From: a virus
Taxonomy: Duplodnaviria > Caudoviricetes
Virus record (IMG/VR): IMGVR_UViG_3300020156_000032
Span: 1-57,890 of that record
DNA: 57,890 nucleotides
Strand: one strand, 5' to 3'
The notes beneath the pieces were generated by a model. The model was not told where the DNA came from, did no database searches, and saw only the letters and a program-made list of their open reading frames with translations. Numbering within the stretch: the stretch's first letter is position 1; every line of letters begins with the position of its first letter. Positions 48,057 through 55,871 of this stretch are shown piece after piece. A program made the position numbers and the translations under genes.

Positions 48057-48440
48057 ATGGTCCCTCGTGATTACCGCGTGGAGGTTGTAAACCCTGTGGA
48101 CATCCCTATTGACATCCCACCCCCTATCCTTCCTGACCCTCCGTCGGGACCTCATCTCTCCCAAAGAGCCCCGGTGACGGTGGCTCCTGATGGGAAGATA
48201 ACAATCCAGGTCCCACCTGTTGATACTCCTAAGCTGGAGATCATTGACACCCCTATCCTCAAGTACCTCCATAAATTGTTGGTTGAGGATGAACGGCCAG
48301 TAGTTAAGGTCAGTACTCTGACTGGTATAAACTACTCTAACCTATTGGGCTTCTATCATGGTCATAAGGATATTGGTCTGGCAAGTACCTTACGCCTGAT
48401 GAAGCTCTACAATATCCACTTTTGCCAGATCAACGACTAA
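48057..48440 (+). CDS. Protein with C-terminal XRE-like helix-turn-helix
   Basis: GGAG SD; PVVKVSTLTGINYSNL..FYHG..DI.LAST.RL. Confidence 0.6.
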   Translation: MVPRDYRVEVVNPVDIPIDIPPPILPDPPSGPHLSQRAPVTVAPDGKITIQVPPVDTPKLEIIDTPILKYLHKLLVEDERPVVKVSTLTGINYSNLLGFYHGHKDIGLASTLRLMKLYNIHFCQIND

Positions 48441-48478
48441 CTGTTCGACCCTTTACCACACACCCCGAAAAGAACCTC

Positions 48479-49633
48479 ATGTATTGCTACGCTATACTGC
48501 TCCATATCAAAGACCTCGGTACTCGTTATCTGGCTAGTACCGCTACTGTCTCTTCCCTCCAGGACCTCGACTATAGTGATCGATTATCTTCTGCTAAGCT
48601 GATCGAACGTACTGACATTGCCTTCAGTTGGGCTAATGTAATCGACAAGACCCATAAGGGTCATGTCAAGGCCGAAGTCATGCCAGTGAGCATCCATGTC
48701 GGTCATCACCCTGATATGATTGGAGACGTTATGAAGTTCGCTGCGACCTTCGGTCATCCAATGTCTCAGTTCCCTCACCTCCCACCCCCTGCTACGATCT
48801 ACCTTCGTAACAATCTCAACTATGAGGAGTTCTTTGAACTCCTATTAGGTATCGTGAAGGCAATCAACGCTTATAAGCGTATGCAGACCCTCCAAGGATA
48901 CCTCCATTCTATAGAACGTGTGGGTCAGATCGAGCAACTCCCTAAAGCTGTACCCCAAGACCTCCCCAAGTCTATCCCTGATGCCTCTACACTAGCTGCC
49001 GACCTCAAAGTAGCTGAGATGGAGTACAGAGCAGCTTTGGCTGAGATCGTAGACAGTATCGGAGATCTCATCTATGTTCTCATCGGTCAGGCCCTGGCTT
49101 ATGGCCTCCCACTCATCCAGGTGTGGGATGCTATCCAGGAGGCGAATATGGCGAAGCTCTGGTCTACTGATCAAATCGCTACTCTCCCTGATGGTTGGTA
49201 TGCTGAAGTCAGTACCACCAACCCTAATAAATACCTGGTCCACAATGAGGCAGGTAAGGTCCAGAAGCCTACCACTTGGACTCCACCCAACATCATTAAG
49301 ATCATCAATACGATGATCGACACCTGCCCCTATAAAATTGGTGGTGGACCTGATTCCGTCTCCGAGGAAGCAATCGCTATTTCCCTCAAATTCAAGACAC
49401 TTAGGGAGTTTTACCAATGGCGTCTGGACTGCGGCGACACAAGCATCACAGCAGCACAGGTCTTGGAAGCAAGCGACCAACCCCTCGTCCCAGACCAACC
49501 CAACCCAAATCCCAACCCCAGTCCCAACTCAAACCTCAACCCAGCCCCAAGCCAAAGCCCCAACCAACCACAACCCCAAGACCAAGGGTACAGTCCTCAA
49601 CCCGGTCAGTACAGCAATCCTCGAAGCGGTTGA
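48479..49633 (+). CDS. MazG-like NTP pyrophosphohydrolase (putative dUTPase/dTTPase)
   Basis: EEFFEL...EIVDSIGDLIYV..G...VWDAIQEANMAK...GKVQKP. Confidence 0.8.
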   Translation: MYCYAILLHIKDLGTRYLASTATVSSLQDLDYSDRLSSAKLIERTDIAFSWANVIDKTHKGHVKAEVMPVSIHVGHHPDMIGDVMKFAATFGHPMSQFPHLPPPATIYLRNNLNYEEFFELLLGIVKAINAYKRMQTLQGYLHSIERVGQIEQLPKAVPQDLPKSIPDASTLAADLKVAEMEYRAALAEIVDSIGDLIYVLIGQALAYGLPLIQVWDAIQEANMAKLWSTDQIATLPDGWYAEVSTTNPNKYLVHNEAGKVQKPTTWTPPNIIKIINTMIDTCPYKIGGGPDSVSEEAIAISLKFKTLREFYQWRLDCGDTSITAAQVLEASDQPLVPDQPNPNPNPSPNSNLNPAPSQSPNQPQPQDQGYSPQPGQYSNPRSG

Positions 49634-49887
49634 AACTATACGTCTTGATAAGACCTCGTAAGGATGGTGAGGGTATCATTGCTAAGGTCCTCACAGCTAA
49701 GACCTCTACCATTGTACCTACCGTGGTCAAGGGATACGTTAAACCAGGGGACCCTACTAAGTGGTTCCCCGAGATCAGGGAGCTATTCCGTAATAAAATC
49801 CGGGTATCTCCTCACGACCATGTTTTGAACGTATCCATCCTTAGTTCCGAGGCTGCTATCCCACCCGACACCGTGATCGTATATTGA
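49630..49887 (+). CDS. Small hypothetical protein
   Basis: TTG start overlapping upstream stop (TTGA). Confidence 0.5.
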   Translation: MKLYVLIRPRKDGEGIIAKVLTAKTSTIVPTVVKGYVKPGDPTKWFPEIRELFRNKIRVSPHDHVLNVSILSSEAAIPPDTVIVY

Positions 49888-49970
49888 TTCTCTGTCGCCT
49901 GATGAGTTTCAGGTGTATCTCACCTGCTGCTCCTTGCTAACAACCTACCCTTGATTTACATAGGGTATCT

Positions 49971-50031
49971 GAGGGGTCCAGGATGGAGGAAATTCGCAGT
50001 TCCTCCTTAGTCCTTGACACCTGGACCCCTC
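49971..50031 (+). promoter_or_regulatory. Structured GGA element, copy 1
   Basis: 12 bp outer stem, AT, GGAGGAA/TTCCTCC hairpin, TGACA. Confidence 0.6.
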
Positions 50032-50139
50032 TTGGTTTCTTACAACACCTAGTTACTCAACACCTAGTTACTCTGGAACAACACCTAACCCTCTGACCTC
50101 ACCCTGGAACCACAACCCACACCCCCTGGAACATAACCT

Positions 50140-51468
50140 ATGCACCTCACTTACCGCAACGTCAACGATGCTTTCCGCACTGTTATGCAGGAGATGGATT
50201 GGGGTACTATCCGCTCCGTCATTACTGAGACTCGCAATGGACCTTGTCGCACCATCCGCGGACCTGTCATCTTGGAGTACACTTCTCCCAAAGAACGTGT
50301 ACTATGGAACGAAGCTAGGGATGCTAATCCTTTCTTCCATGTCATCGAGGCTCTGTGGATGCTCGCAGGTCGTAATGACGTAGAGACTCTCGATTGGTTC
50401 AACTCCAATATGAAGTCTTACTCAGACGATGGTAAGACATTCCATGCTGCTTATGGTCATCGTTGGTACAACCTAGCCACTCCCCATTGTAATCCCCAAT
50501 TCTGTGGTCCCCCATTTGATCAATGTGGCTACATCCAAGCCGATTGTGACCAACCCCTCAACCAACTCCGAGATGTAGTCCAACTACTCAGTGATCAACC
50601 TAACACCCGTAGGTGTGTCCTGTCTATGTGGGACCCTTTGGACCTCCACAAAGTGGTCACTGACCCTACTTGTAAGGATGTAGCTTGTAACACCCATATC
50701 TACTTCGAGTTAGAACCTCATCGTGTCTGGCGGGAAGGTCAGTACCACGGTCTGCCTATCCGTCACACTGATAAGGAGTTCACAGAGTACAAGCTCAACA
50801 TGACGGTATGCAACCGTAGTAATGATGTCTTGTGGGGAGCCCTTGGGGCTAACTACGTTCATATGTCGTTCCTACAGGAGTACATTGCCGCTTGTGTAGA
50901 CTACCACTTACCTGATGGATCAGTCCAGGTCGGAACCTACTACCAGTTTACTAACAACCTCCACCTCTACAAGGATAAGCAGGACACTGTAAGTTGGCTC
51001 AAGGATTCAACTCCTGACTACTACAAACAACCAGGGTACACCCCTTTACCCTTGGTGCTGAATGCGATAACCTTCACGGAGGAGGTCCAGCTTGCTATGG
51101 ACGTTATCGCCAGCTTCAAGTCAGGAACGAGGTCCAAACCCACTTCAGGACTGTTTCAGGAGCCTTTCTTGGAGAGTGTGTTCCTGCCTATGCTCCATGC
51201 TTGGACTTTCCACAAGCATCGCAACTATCCTATGGCTTTGTATCATGCCAGTTTGATCCGTAGTCCTGATTGGGCTCGTGCTTGTAAGCAATGGTTGGCT
51301 CGCCGCGAGGCTAACTACTTGATGACACGCAAGACCCGACCTATCGATCCTCCTACTTCCCCCAAAGAGGTCCAAGCCAACACCCAAGCTAATGAACCGT
51401 CTCCTACAGTTCATAGCAACCCTACTCCCCGACAAGATGATCACCCCGTACCACGAGACGAAGGATGA
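50140..51468 (+). CDS. Thymidylate synthase-fold enzyme, probable dUMP hydroxymethylase
   Basis: NPFFHVIEALWML.GRND, YSDDG, AYG.RW, TRR.VLSMWDP, KDVACN, NRSND..WGA.GAN (Asn near the dUMP-specificity position), NLHLY. Confidence 0.85.
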   Translation: MHLTYRNVNDAFRTVMQEMDWGTIRSVITETRNGPCRTIRGPVILEYTSPKERVLWNEARDANPFFHVIEALWMLAGRNDVETLDWFNSNMKSYSDDGKTFHAAYGHRWYNLATPHCNPQFCGPPFDQCGYIQADCDQPLNQLRDVVQLLSDQPNTRRCVLSMWDPLDLHKVVTDPTCKDVACNTHIYFELEPHRVWREGQYHGLPIRHTDKEFTEYKLNMTVCNRSNDVLWGALGANYVHMSFLQEYIAACVDYHLPDGSVQVGTYYQFTNNLHLYKDKQDTVSWLKDSTPDYYKQPGYTPLPLVLNAITFTEEVQLAMDVIASFKSGTRSKPTSGLFQEPFLESVFLPMLHAWTFHKHRNYPMALYHASLIRSPDWARACKQWLARREANYLMTRKTRPIDPPTSPKEVQANTQANEPSPTVHSNPTPRQDDHPVPRDEG

Positions 51469-52712
51469 TATCGGACCGCTACCCCAAAACCAATCCTCCT
51501 ACAGTCCTCAAGTTGAAGTCTGTATACAACCCTGACCTCCACCTCCTTACCCACTACGAAGTAGAGAACATTACTATGGAATACCGCGATAAACTCCTGA
51601 ATGACGCAGCTAGTATCTGCCAGGAACTCACCCCTATCATACGCACTACAGTTTGCACCCCGTACATCAGCCACAACTGGCCAATATCTATCCAGCCTAG
51701 TCTAACTAAGGGTGTAAACATCATCCGTGACCTCCTCACCGCGGTTATGACCCAGGAACGTGAGATTAAGGAATTGAAGGAGACTAATAGTAAGCTCGAA
51801 CACGAAAAATCCCAACTACAGGCTGAGACTGATCGTCTTAAAGCGGGACGATTTACCAAAGACGAACTACACAACATCTGTCACAACCTCAAAGCAACTG
51901 TTCCTGTAGAGGAATTTGCTCAAGGCTGCATCAATGAAATGCAAAAGCTCTATGGAGAATGTCCTTTGGAACTTCCCAAACCTCAACCAACATCCATAGT
52001 TCCCCTCCCCCCTGGCACCCAACTACAGTCTACCTTGGACCCTCAGTTCCAGGAGGTCGTGAACTTGGGTAATGCTGATGCTCAGCACCTCCAACAGAAG
52101 GACTATTCCTACGGGTCCTCTTGGCGTAAGCGAGGAGGGGTCGGAGCCTTTATGATGTTGGCTCGTAAATGGGACCGCCTTGAGAAGATGTGCGAGGCTC
52201 ACAACTACGACATCTTCAAACCTATCAGCAAAGAGCTTAAAACTCTCCAAGTTCACGATATAGCTGAGGTGGGACATAAGATAACCCCTTCTACTCACCC
52301 CAACCCGCTCTATGCTGAGACCGACGATAACACCGTATTAGCCCAGGTCCGTGACCTCCGCCGCTACTTGTTCTTGGTGGAGAGTTGGTTGATCCTCCAG
52401 GCCAAGTCTATCAACCACCAGAACAATGGACTACAAGGCCATACCATCCCACTGTGGGTTACTGACCTTGAAGCTAGTGAGAGCTATACACCGACTCCTA
52501 TCGCAACCACCCAACAGATAGAAGCTATGGTCAAAGATCGTATGGACCCCTCCTTTGACGACCCCTACGAGGCCCACCTCAAACCCTCGCAGGACCATAC
52601 TTCCCCCAAAGAACACAACCCAGCCGAGGAGACTCAGGAACGGCTAGCAACATCTAAGAAGAAGAAACCACCACAGATCGATAAAGTCGACCTCTTCCCC
52701 CATAGTCACTAA
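51465..52712 (+). CDS. Multidomain protein with Nmad1/DUF1599-like nucleotide-modification-associated domain
   Basis: KDYSYGSSWRKRGGVGAFMMLARKWDRLE...DLRRYL.LVE. Confidence 0.7.
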   Translation: MISDRYPKTNPPTVLKLKSVYNPDLHLLTHYEVENITMEYRDKLLNDAASICQELTPIIRTTVCTPYISHNWPISIQPSLTKGVNIIRDLLTAVMTQEREIKELKETNSKLEHEKSQLQAETDRLKAGRFTKDELHNICHNLKATVPVEEFAQGCINEMQKLYGECPLELPKPQPTSIVPLPPGTQLQSTLDPQFQEVVNLGNADAQHLQQKDYSYGSSWRKRGGVGAFMMLARKWDRLEKMCEAHNYDIFKPISKELKTLQVHDIAEVGHKITPSTHPNPLYAETDDNTVLAQVRDLRRYLFLVESWLILQAKSINHQNNGLQGHTIPLWVTDLEASESYTPTPIATTQQIEAMVKDRMDPSFDDPYEAHLKPSQDHTSPKEHNPAEETQERLATSKKKKPPQIDKVDLFPHSH

Positions 52713-52767
52713 CCCTAATAAACTCCTAGTATCGTTACCTAGGAATACACCCTCTTTCGGATACCTT

Positions 52768-55143
52768 ATGAAATTGTCTGAATGTCCAGAGAAAATTAAA
52801 CCTTTCGTGTTCCACGGTCTACACCTGGAACCAATGGAGAAAGGTGAGGTCAAGGAAGTTCGTGGCGATTGCCCCTTCTGTGATAAAAGCAATCACTTCT
52901 TTGTCAAGGCCGAGACTGGTCAATGGCAATGTAAGCGTTGCAGTAACAGCGGCAATATCTATAGCTTCCTCCAGATGCTGTTGAATGAGAGCCTACCTTT
53001 GACCACTGACGACGACTATGAGTCCTTATCAGAGGATCGTCATGTCCCAGTATGGGTTCTCAAGGAATTTAGGGTCTGTCGTTCTATGCTCAATGGAGAG
53101 TGGTTACTCCCCACCTTCAATGAGAAGAACGCTATCTCTAACCTCTACAAATACACCGAACTCACTGACCCTGAGAGCGGTGAGACCATCACCAAACTCC
53201 TCAGTACCCCAACCTGCAAGATTGGTCTGTTCGGTACTCCCCTCCTCACTGATAAGCAGAAGCAACTCTGTATCTGTGAGGGACCGTGGGATGGTATGGC
53301 CTTGTATGGTGTGCTAGGGACTCTCAAGAAGAAGGGAGACCGTTACGTCACCTGCAAGAACGGTACACCTGGAGTCCTGCTAGAGGCACACGGAGTATTG
53401 TGTGTCCCTGGTGCTGGTACATTCCAGGAGTCTTGGCTCAACTATTTCCCTGGTCGTAACGTGGACCTCCTATTCGACAACGACCACCCACTCAAGAAAC
53501 CCGACGGTGGTATACGTCTGGTCAAGGGTCAGTGCGTTCGTCCTGGCTGGGATGGAATGACTCGTGTCGTAGCTATGGTCAACCAGACCGGGAAGCGACC
53601 TCGTCGCCTCCGCGTGTTGGCATGGGGTCAACCACCAGACGATGTTGAGCAATCCGGGGGCTACGATGGTGTATCCTCCCCAAAGAACCTGGCAGGGTAC
53701 GGTCACAATAACGACCTCCCACACGGCTATGATATTCGTGACTTGATCAAGGATAAAGGTCCTCGTGAGGTAGTGAGCTTCCTCAAGTCGGCCCCTACCA
53801 AGATCGAAATGGAGAAGCCGAGTTCTGATAGCCATACGGATATTCCCACCGTGGAGCCTATCGAACGAACTACCTTTGAGGACCTCTGTAAGGATTACGC
53901 AAGTGTACTCCACTTTAGTCCTCAATTACGAGACACCTTGTGTGTCATGTTGTCAGTCATTACTAGCACTGACCTGCTAGGAGATCAATTGTGGCTCAAG
54001 GTGATTGGTCCACCTGGGTCCGGCAAGACAACACTCGCAGAAGCCGTGTCAGTAGCTCGTGAATACTGTATGCCTAAGAGTGTTCTCACTGGGTTCCATT
54101 CAGGATACCTGGAACAGGATGGTCGGAGAGCCTCGAAGGACAACAGCTTGATTCCTGACATGAAGGGTAAGACCGTCATCGTCAAAGACGCGGACACTTT
54201 GATCCAGGCCCCTAATCGGGATAAGATCATGTCCGAGTTACGCGACATATATGACGGGACCTCTCGTTCTCATTATCGTACTGGTAAACAGAACGACTAT
54301 AGTGACATTCGTACTACATTCATCTTGTGTGGTACGGACGAGCTTCGCATGTTGAATCGTTCGTTCCTCGGTGAACGCTTCCTCGACTGTGAGATCATGA
54401 CTAAGGATCAGGACACTACGCCCTATCTACAGCGGGCTATGTCCAACACCTACAGTAAGATCACACAGGGGATGTTGGCTAACACTCCTGACAACGACGA
54501 TAACGAGGTCCGCGAGGATTCGTCCGAGGGGCTGTTCCTCCAGCAAGTTACTTATGGATTCTTGAAACACCTCAAGGAGTCATTACCTCAGTTACGTCCT
54601 CCTATCCTCCCCAAAGAAGTGGAGGGCACACTCGGTGCCTTGGCTACGTTCCTAGCATACATGAGGGCTCGTGTTCGTCGTGATGGATACGACCTCGCAT
54701 ATCGTCCTAGGGCTGAGCTTCCTACTCGTATTGCGAGTCAGTTAGTGAAGCTGGCTGTATGTATTGCTATCGTCTTGGGTAAGGAGACTATTGACGATGA
54801 GGTCCTACGCATTGTTCGTGATCGTGTACTAGACACATCAGTTGGATTCCAACTGGATGTTGCTAAGGCACTCATCGACAAAGAGGAAGGTTTGAGTGTT
54901 CGCCAGATTTGTGTGGCTGTCAATCTCCCTGAGACAAATGTACGTCGTTTGTTAAACGATTTACAGGAGTTCAATATCGTGGAGCGTTACCAAAAGTCAA
55001 ACAAGTCTGGTCAACGTGGTCGTGATATGCACCTATGGGTTCTCACTGAGGGACTAAGCGAAATCTATAAAGCTGCGTTCCTTGATCAGAAGCCTGTGCA
55101 GAAGTCAAAGCCAAAGCCTAAACCCAAGGCTCGTAAGAAATAA
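52768..55143 (+). CDS. Primase-helicase: Zn finger, TOPRIM, MCM-like AAA+, C-terminal winged helix
   Basis: CPFC..CKRC; ICEGPWD, LFDND; GPPGSGKT, VKDAD, ERFL, PTRIASQL. Confidence 0.85.
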   Translation: MKLSECPEKIKPFVFHGLHLEPMEKGEVKEVRGDCPFCDKSNHFFVKAETGQWQCKRCSNSGNIYSFLQMLLNESLPLTTDDDYESLSEDRHVPVWVLKEFRVCRSMLNGEWLLPTFNEKNAISNLYKYTELTDPESGETITKLLSTPTCKIGLFGTPLLTDKQKQLCICEGPWDGMALYGVLGTLKKKGDRYVTCKNGTPGVLLEAHGVLCVPGAGTFQESWLNYFPGRNVDLLFDNDHPLKKPDGGIRLVKGQCVRPGWDGMTRVVAMVNQTGKRPRRLRVLAWGQPPDDVEQSGGYDGVSSPKNLAGYGHNNDLPHGYDIRDLIKDKGPREVVSFLKSAPTKIEMEKPSSDSHTDIPTVEPIERTTFEDLCKDYASVLHFSPQLRDTLCVMLSVITSTDLLGDQLWLKVIGPPGSGKTTLAEAVSVAREYCMPKSVLTGFHSGYLEQDGRRASKDNSLIPDMKGKTVIVKDADTLIQAPNRDKIMSELRDIYDGTSRSHYRTGKQNDYSDIRTTFILCGTDELRMLNRSFLGERFLDCEIMTKDQDTTPYLQRAMSNTYSKITQGMLANTPDNDDNEVREDSSEGLFLQQVTYGFLKHLKESLPQLRPPILPKEVEGTLGALATFLAYMRARVRRDGYDLAYRPRAELPTRIASQLVKLAVCIAIVLGKETIDDEVLRIVRDRVLDTSVGFQLDVAKALIDKEEGLSVRQICVAVNLPETNVRRLLNDLQEFNIVERYQKSNKSGQRGRDMHLWVLTEGLSEIYKAAFLDQKPVQKSKPKPKPKARKK

Positions 55144-55205
55144 GGGGTGATGGATGGAGGGAATGCTCAGCCCCTCCCGGCGTCGAGTGACACCATCACC
55201 CCTTA
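55141..55205 (+). promoter_or_regulatory. Structured GGA element, copy 2
   Basis: 13 bp outer stem, AT, GGAGGG/CCCTCC hairpin, TGACA. Confidence 0.6.
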
Positions 55206-55211
55206 CAAGAT

Positions 55212-55352
55212 AAGGGGTGGAACTAGACTGTGACCTCATTGTTGTCCTACCTGCAAACCCTCGTGTTGTTCCCACGAGGGGTAGTGATGACCTCAACTAC
55301 CTTCTCGGGTTAATAGTAGTTGTTGTGAGATCATGTTCCACCCCTTTCTTTT
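55212..55352 (+). ncRNA. Multibranched structured RNA candidate with U-tract
   Basis: 55212-55223/55335-55346 stem; inner 55258-55265/55273-55280 and 55294-55300/55316-55322. Confidence 0.5.
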
Positions 55353-55390
55353 GTTCCGTAATAAAAACCTAAATCCTTAACTCACCATAG

Positions 55391-55458
55391 GCGGTATTGT
55401 CTGGTGACAAAGCGGGTCTTATATACCTGCCAGCCTGGTTCGATTCCAGGATACCGTA
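55391..55458 (+). tRNA. Non-canonical tRNA-Ile(UAU)-like gene with reduced D arm
   Basis: Acceptor GCGGTAT/ATACCGT, discriminator A, anticodon arm GCGGGT-CTTATAT-ACCTGC (TAT at 55420-55422), T arm CCTGG-TTCGATT-CCAGG; followed by CTA, not CCA. Confidence 0.7.
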
Positions 55459-55493
55459 CTACTACTACTCCCCTCCTTCCCTGGTTAATGTTG

Positions 55494-55871
55494 ATGTCAA
55501 CCCTTATACTTACTCGCCGTGTCGGTGAATCACTCGACTTCTATATTCCTCACGACCATATTGTTGATCTCTTGGTTAAGCTGTTGGATGGGCAGACACC
55601 TGAAGAGGCATTAGGCACAGTAGGTGACGTTGACCTTCAGGTACGAGTTACCTTTGCTAAGCAACCCCAAGCAGGTCGAGCCACCCTACATATAGAGGCA
55701 CCACGTTGTATCCAAATACAACGTAGTGAGATCAACAATATACACCTTGCTAAGAATCCTCCCCCTGCTAATGTACCTAAGAGTTCTGATGGTAGTGTAC
55801 ATCAAGACTTCATACCTTTGTCTAAACAAACCAGACCTCAATACGCTCGTCCCCCTAAGCGTCGTAAGTGA
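55494..55871 (+). CDS. Divergent CsrA-like protein with internal insertion
   Basis: LILTRRVGESL...VRVT...GRATLHIEAPRCIQIQRSEI; start ATG 55488 or 55494. Confidence 0.7.
   Translation: MSTLILTRRVGESLDFYIPHDHIVDLLVKLLDGQTPEEALGTVGDVDLQVRVTFAKQPQAGRATLHIEAPRCIQIQRSEINNIHLAKNPPPANVPKSSDGSVHQDFIPLSKQTRPQYARPPKRRK

Larger units (their letters stand above)
441..54618 (+). repeat. Dispersed polar motif A, consensus ATCTCCCCCAAAGAA (~29 copies, + strand)
   Basis: Exact copies start at 1167, 3062, 13057, 15935, 18492, 20534, 23258, 25916, 28042, 32535, 37868, 41879; variants at 441, 3995, 7103, 10446, 30154, 34222, 36348, 44085, 45238, 45871, 46873, 48154, 50281, 51355, 52599, 53673, 54604. Confidence 0.95.

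Noticed and set aside
49899-49930. Hammerhead ribozyme (CTGATGA core)
   Set aside because: No GAAA segment or stem II/III arrangement follows; it folds as simple hairpins.
1167-54618. Motif A as a protein-level SPK(E/K) signal
   Set aside because: It occurs in different frames, in - strand genes and between genes while keeping DNA identity and strand.
55404-55493. N-terminal extension of the CsrA-like ORF from GTG 55404
   Set aside because: Overlaps the tRNA-like cloverleaf; CsrA similarity starts at 55494.
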